A stretch of DNA of 54,136 nt, the filler included, from Jimgerdemannia flammicorona (taxonomy: Eukaryota): assembly GCA_003990765.1 (NCBI GenBank). It is 3 parts of 3 records of this genome, joined end to end, with 100 filler letters (N's around TTAATTAATTAA, not from the genome) between each part and the next. Parts side by side here need not be neighbours in the genome. Positions count along the whole stretch, not along the records: positions 36,161 to 54,136 come from RBNJ01002343.1; 2 more parts are not named here. One strand, given 5' to 3'. Below are positions 51,594-54,136 of this stretch, in pieces. The position numbers and the translations under genes are program-made. How positions within the stretch are numbered: the first letter of the stretch is position 1; every line of letters starts with the position of its first letter. The notes beneath the pieces are model-generated. The model saw only the letters and a list, made by a program, of their open reading frames with translations, had not been told where the DNA came from and did not search any database.

Positions 51594-52619
51594 TTTTCTT
51601 TTTTTGCGTTATGGTATGACTCGTTGATTACTTGTACTAGAATAACTATTTATGCTCGTACAAACGGCTTAATGGCTTTGGCATAGACCGCCTCGGCTTT
51701 ATCGAAATATATGACGATAAAGTTACCTTTCATTAACACTGCGTCCCCGTGTGTGTTTCGATTTGTCTGAGGAGTCATTACTGTGCATCTTCCCTCTTCT
51801 TTCCTTGCCAGCCGTCGCTGTTGCTGCTGAACATGCAACAATACTTGGTTTGGCGCAATCACGATTTATATTTTACCACACACACCTACAGCCTTCTGCA
51901 CATCATGACACTTTTACCCTCGCCCCAAAGATCTAATTATCTCGTCCCACCTTTTATGAGCGGTCATCATCACTACGGGCTCGCTTGTACTAATTGCATT
52001 ACTGAACGCTGGCGGGCGCGGCCGAGGGGAAACGAAAGTGAGTTGCTTTGATTGTTATTTCAGTCAACTGCGAACGGGTAGTATACGATGAGAACAAGCC
52101 CGGTTGCATCGGTAAAAAGGCCAAGCTAAACAGCACTGTGGTGCAGGAATCGCCACCATCGACATGTCATCAAAGAATCGGTCAAGTTGGCATTTGAGTC
52201 CCAGGGATAACTAGCCAATTGTCAAAATTAGGTGTACTGTGTTCAATATTGATGTGATGGAAACTGTTGGTTTTTTATTATTTTATTTCTATATCATGAT
52301 GCATTTGCAAATTCGCATGTCTGAGCTTCGCTAAACCTTTAAGCAGCTGCTTGGGCTTTGTCTTTAGAGCTCGTGGTGTTGATGTATGAGGACGTTCGCT
52401 ATGGCAGTATCGCTAGGAGATCACATATTATAGCTTGGGAGCGAAGACGTGGGGGTGTTGGAGAGACTGGGAAGGGGGGAGGGCTGATTGTTGGTGCGTG
52501 TGAACGAAGCTAGTGGAGTCATAGAACCCGGTTTCGTCTTTGTCTCAAAATGAAGTGGGGCTATTGTCTATATTTTTCCTGCAGATTATGACTAGGGGAA
52601 TAATAGGGTTTGTTCCTTG

Positions 52620-52773
52620 CGACTCCTACGTCGAGCCTTCCACGCAAAAGCTCCGAAGAGATTATCTTTCTCCTCCTTCCCTTCACAGGCGAGAGAGACC
52701 TACGTCGAGCCTTCCACGCAAAAGCTCCAAAGAGATTATCTTTCTCCTCCTTCCCTTCACAGGCGAGAGAGAT
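52620..52773. repeat. Tandem duplication of about 74 bp
   Basis: CCTACGTCGAGCCTTCCACGCAAAAGCTCC..CACAGGCGAGAGAGA occurs twice, upstream of the permease ATG. Confidence 0.85.
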
Positions 52774-52868
52774 CTCGATTCAGGACGCTTTCCGTATCGG
52801 GGTCGTCTTATGCACTCCGCACCCTTTTGAAATTGAAATTTTGAAGCGCGGCGCCCCCTCCTTCAAAC

Positions 52869-53765
52869 ATGCCCCAGGACTCAACACGCTCCACATTACG
52901 CCAGCAGCGCCGCGATCTCCAGCACACTTTCGAACTCGAGGAGATCCCTGACGATGGCGACTACGAAGACGAGCTCGACCACTTCCTTGACAGTCCGCGA
53001 CTTTCCCGCGCCCACAACGATGGCGACGGCGACGACAACAACGACGACGACGACGACGACGCCATCTCCCTCAACTCTGACGAGGAGTCCTTCCTCCCAG
53101 GAGCGTACCACCGCGACCCTTCAACCTTCTCTCTCTTCTCGGTTCCGGATACCATACCCATTATACAGCTAACGTCAACACAATTGAGGGGACCCATTGA
53201 TCTGCAGAAGAAGGTCACCTTCTTGAATGGGTTGACGCTCGTCGTGGGGCTGATGATTGGGAGTGGGCTTTTCTCATCACCAGGTGAATGGCGTTTTTCT
53301 CTTTGTCTAGTTTGAGAGGGTGGTGTTAACTGGTTGCCAGGAAATGCACGGCAGTGGTCTGGATAATGGACCATATATACCGAGATAACCAAATGAAGGC
53401 GACGATCATTCGTGCATCACAAACGATCTTAACGGTCATATCAACCACTACCGAGGCCTTGTCTTGAGAAGCTCTCTTCGCAATCATTCAGGCTCAACAT
53501 GCCCAATCCACCCAACGCTACCTTTTCGACTTCCTAACCCCACCTACCTTCCTCCACAGGCCCCATCCTGGCGCACACGGGCGCGGTTGGCACTTCGCTG
53601 GTGATTTGGCTGGTGTCGGGCCTGTTGGCTATCACGGGCGCGCTGTGCTACGCAGAGTTGGGCACCATGTTACCCATGAACGGTGGCGAGGCCGTGTATC
53701 TCGAGCGTGCGTTTGGAAGTCTCGTATCGTTCTTGTTTGGATTTGTGGCTATCGTCGCGCTTAAG
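52869..53765 (+). CDS. APC-superfamily (LAT/Mup1-like) amino-acid permease, 5' exons; continues beyond the window
   Basis: VTFLNGLTLVVGLMIGSGLFSSP|GPILAHTGAVGTSLVIWLVSGLLAITGALCYAELGTMLPMNGGEAVYLERAFG. Intron 53284-53559. Confidence 0.92.
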
Positions 53766-53784
53766 GTTCGTTGAAAATTAAGAG

Positions 53785-54000
53785 GAAGTGGGATCGGAGG
53801 GAGTGGTGTGGGATGGGAGGGAGTGGTATCGGAGGGAGTGGAGTGGGATCAGAGGGAGTGGTGTGGGATGGGAGGGAGTGATATCGGAGGGAATGGAGTG
53901 GGATCGGAGGAAGTGGTGTGGGATGGGAGGGAGTGGAGGGATTGGAGGGAGTGAAATAGGATGGGGTGATATCGGAGGGAAGGAGAGGAGGATGGGAGAA
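53785..54000. repeat. G-rich degenerate minisatellite in the permease intron
   Basis: GGAGGGAGTGG(TGT)GGGAT units after the GTTCGT donor at 53766. Confidence 0.75.
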
Positions 54001-54136
54001 TGATATAAGAGGTTGAGGTAGGGTTGGAGGAGATATTGGTAATGGTACAAGGTTTTGTGTGCTAGGCGTATATGCGCTCGATTTCTCAATATGCGGCCAC
54101 GACGTAAATTTCATCATCCCCTTCTCATTCAACCCT

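Overview
Intron-rich fungal genomic DNA. Gene content and intron style suggest an early-diverging fungus, probably Mucoromycota or Endogonales-like (inference). It is three contig pieces joined by N/TTAATTAATTAA/N linkers at about 17983-18082 and 36061-36160. Intact genes: a sepiapterin-reductase-like SDR, LSM3, a PDCD2/TSR4-like MYND protein, an ECHDC3-like enoyl-CoA hydratase, a Cys/Gly-rich secreted protein, a SAM methyltransferase and the 5' part of an amino-acid permease. Decayed mobile DNA: two hAT transposons (one 6.7 kb, with TIRs and a nested Rho-GDI retrocopy) and several L1/Tx1-type LINE copies, many with heavy C>T/G>A decay. Most notable: (1) a complete type III hammerhead ribozyme at 11542-11601, next to an unexplained multi-hairpin RNA-like segment and upstream of a poly(A) tract; (2) a TET/JBP-like 2OG-Fe(II) dioxygenase pseudogene, missed by the ORF track, beside a hAT-type terminal repeat; (3) a decayed immune-like island with a tandem array of 84-nt one-LRR exons with near-identical introns, facing a CHAT + NB-ARC gene. 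All calls come from reading the sequence; no searches were run.
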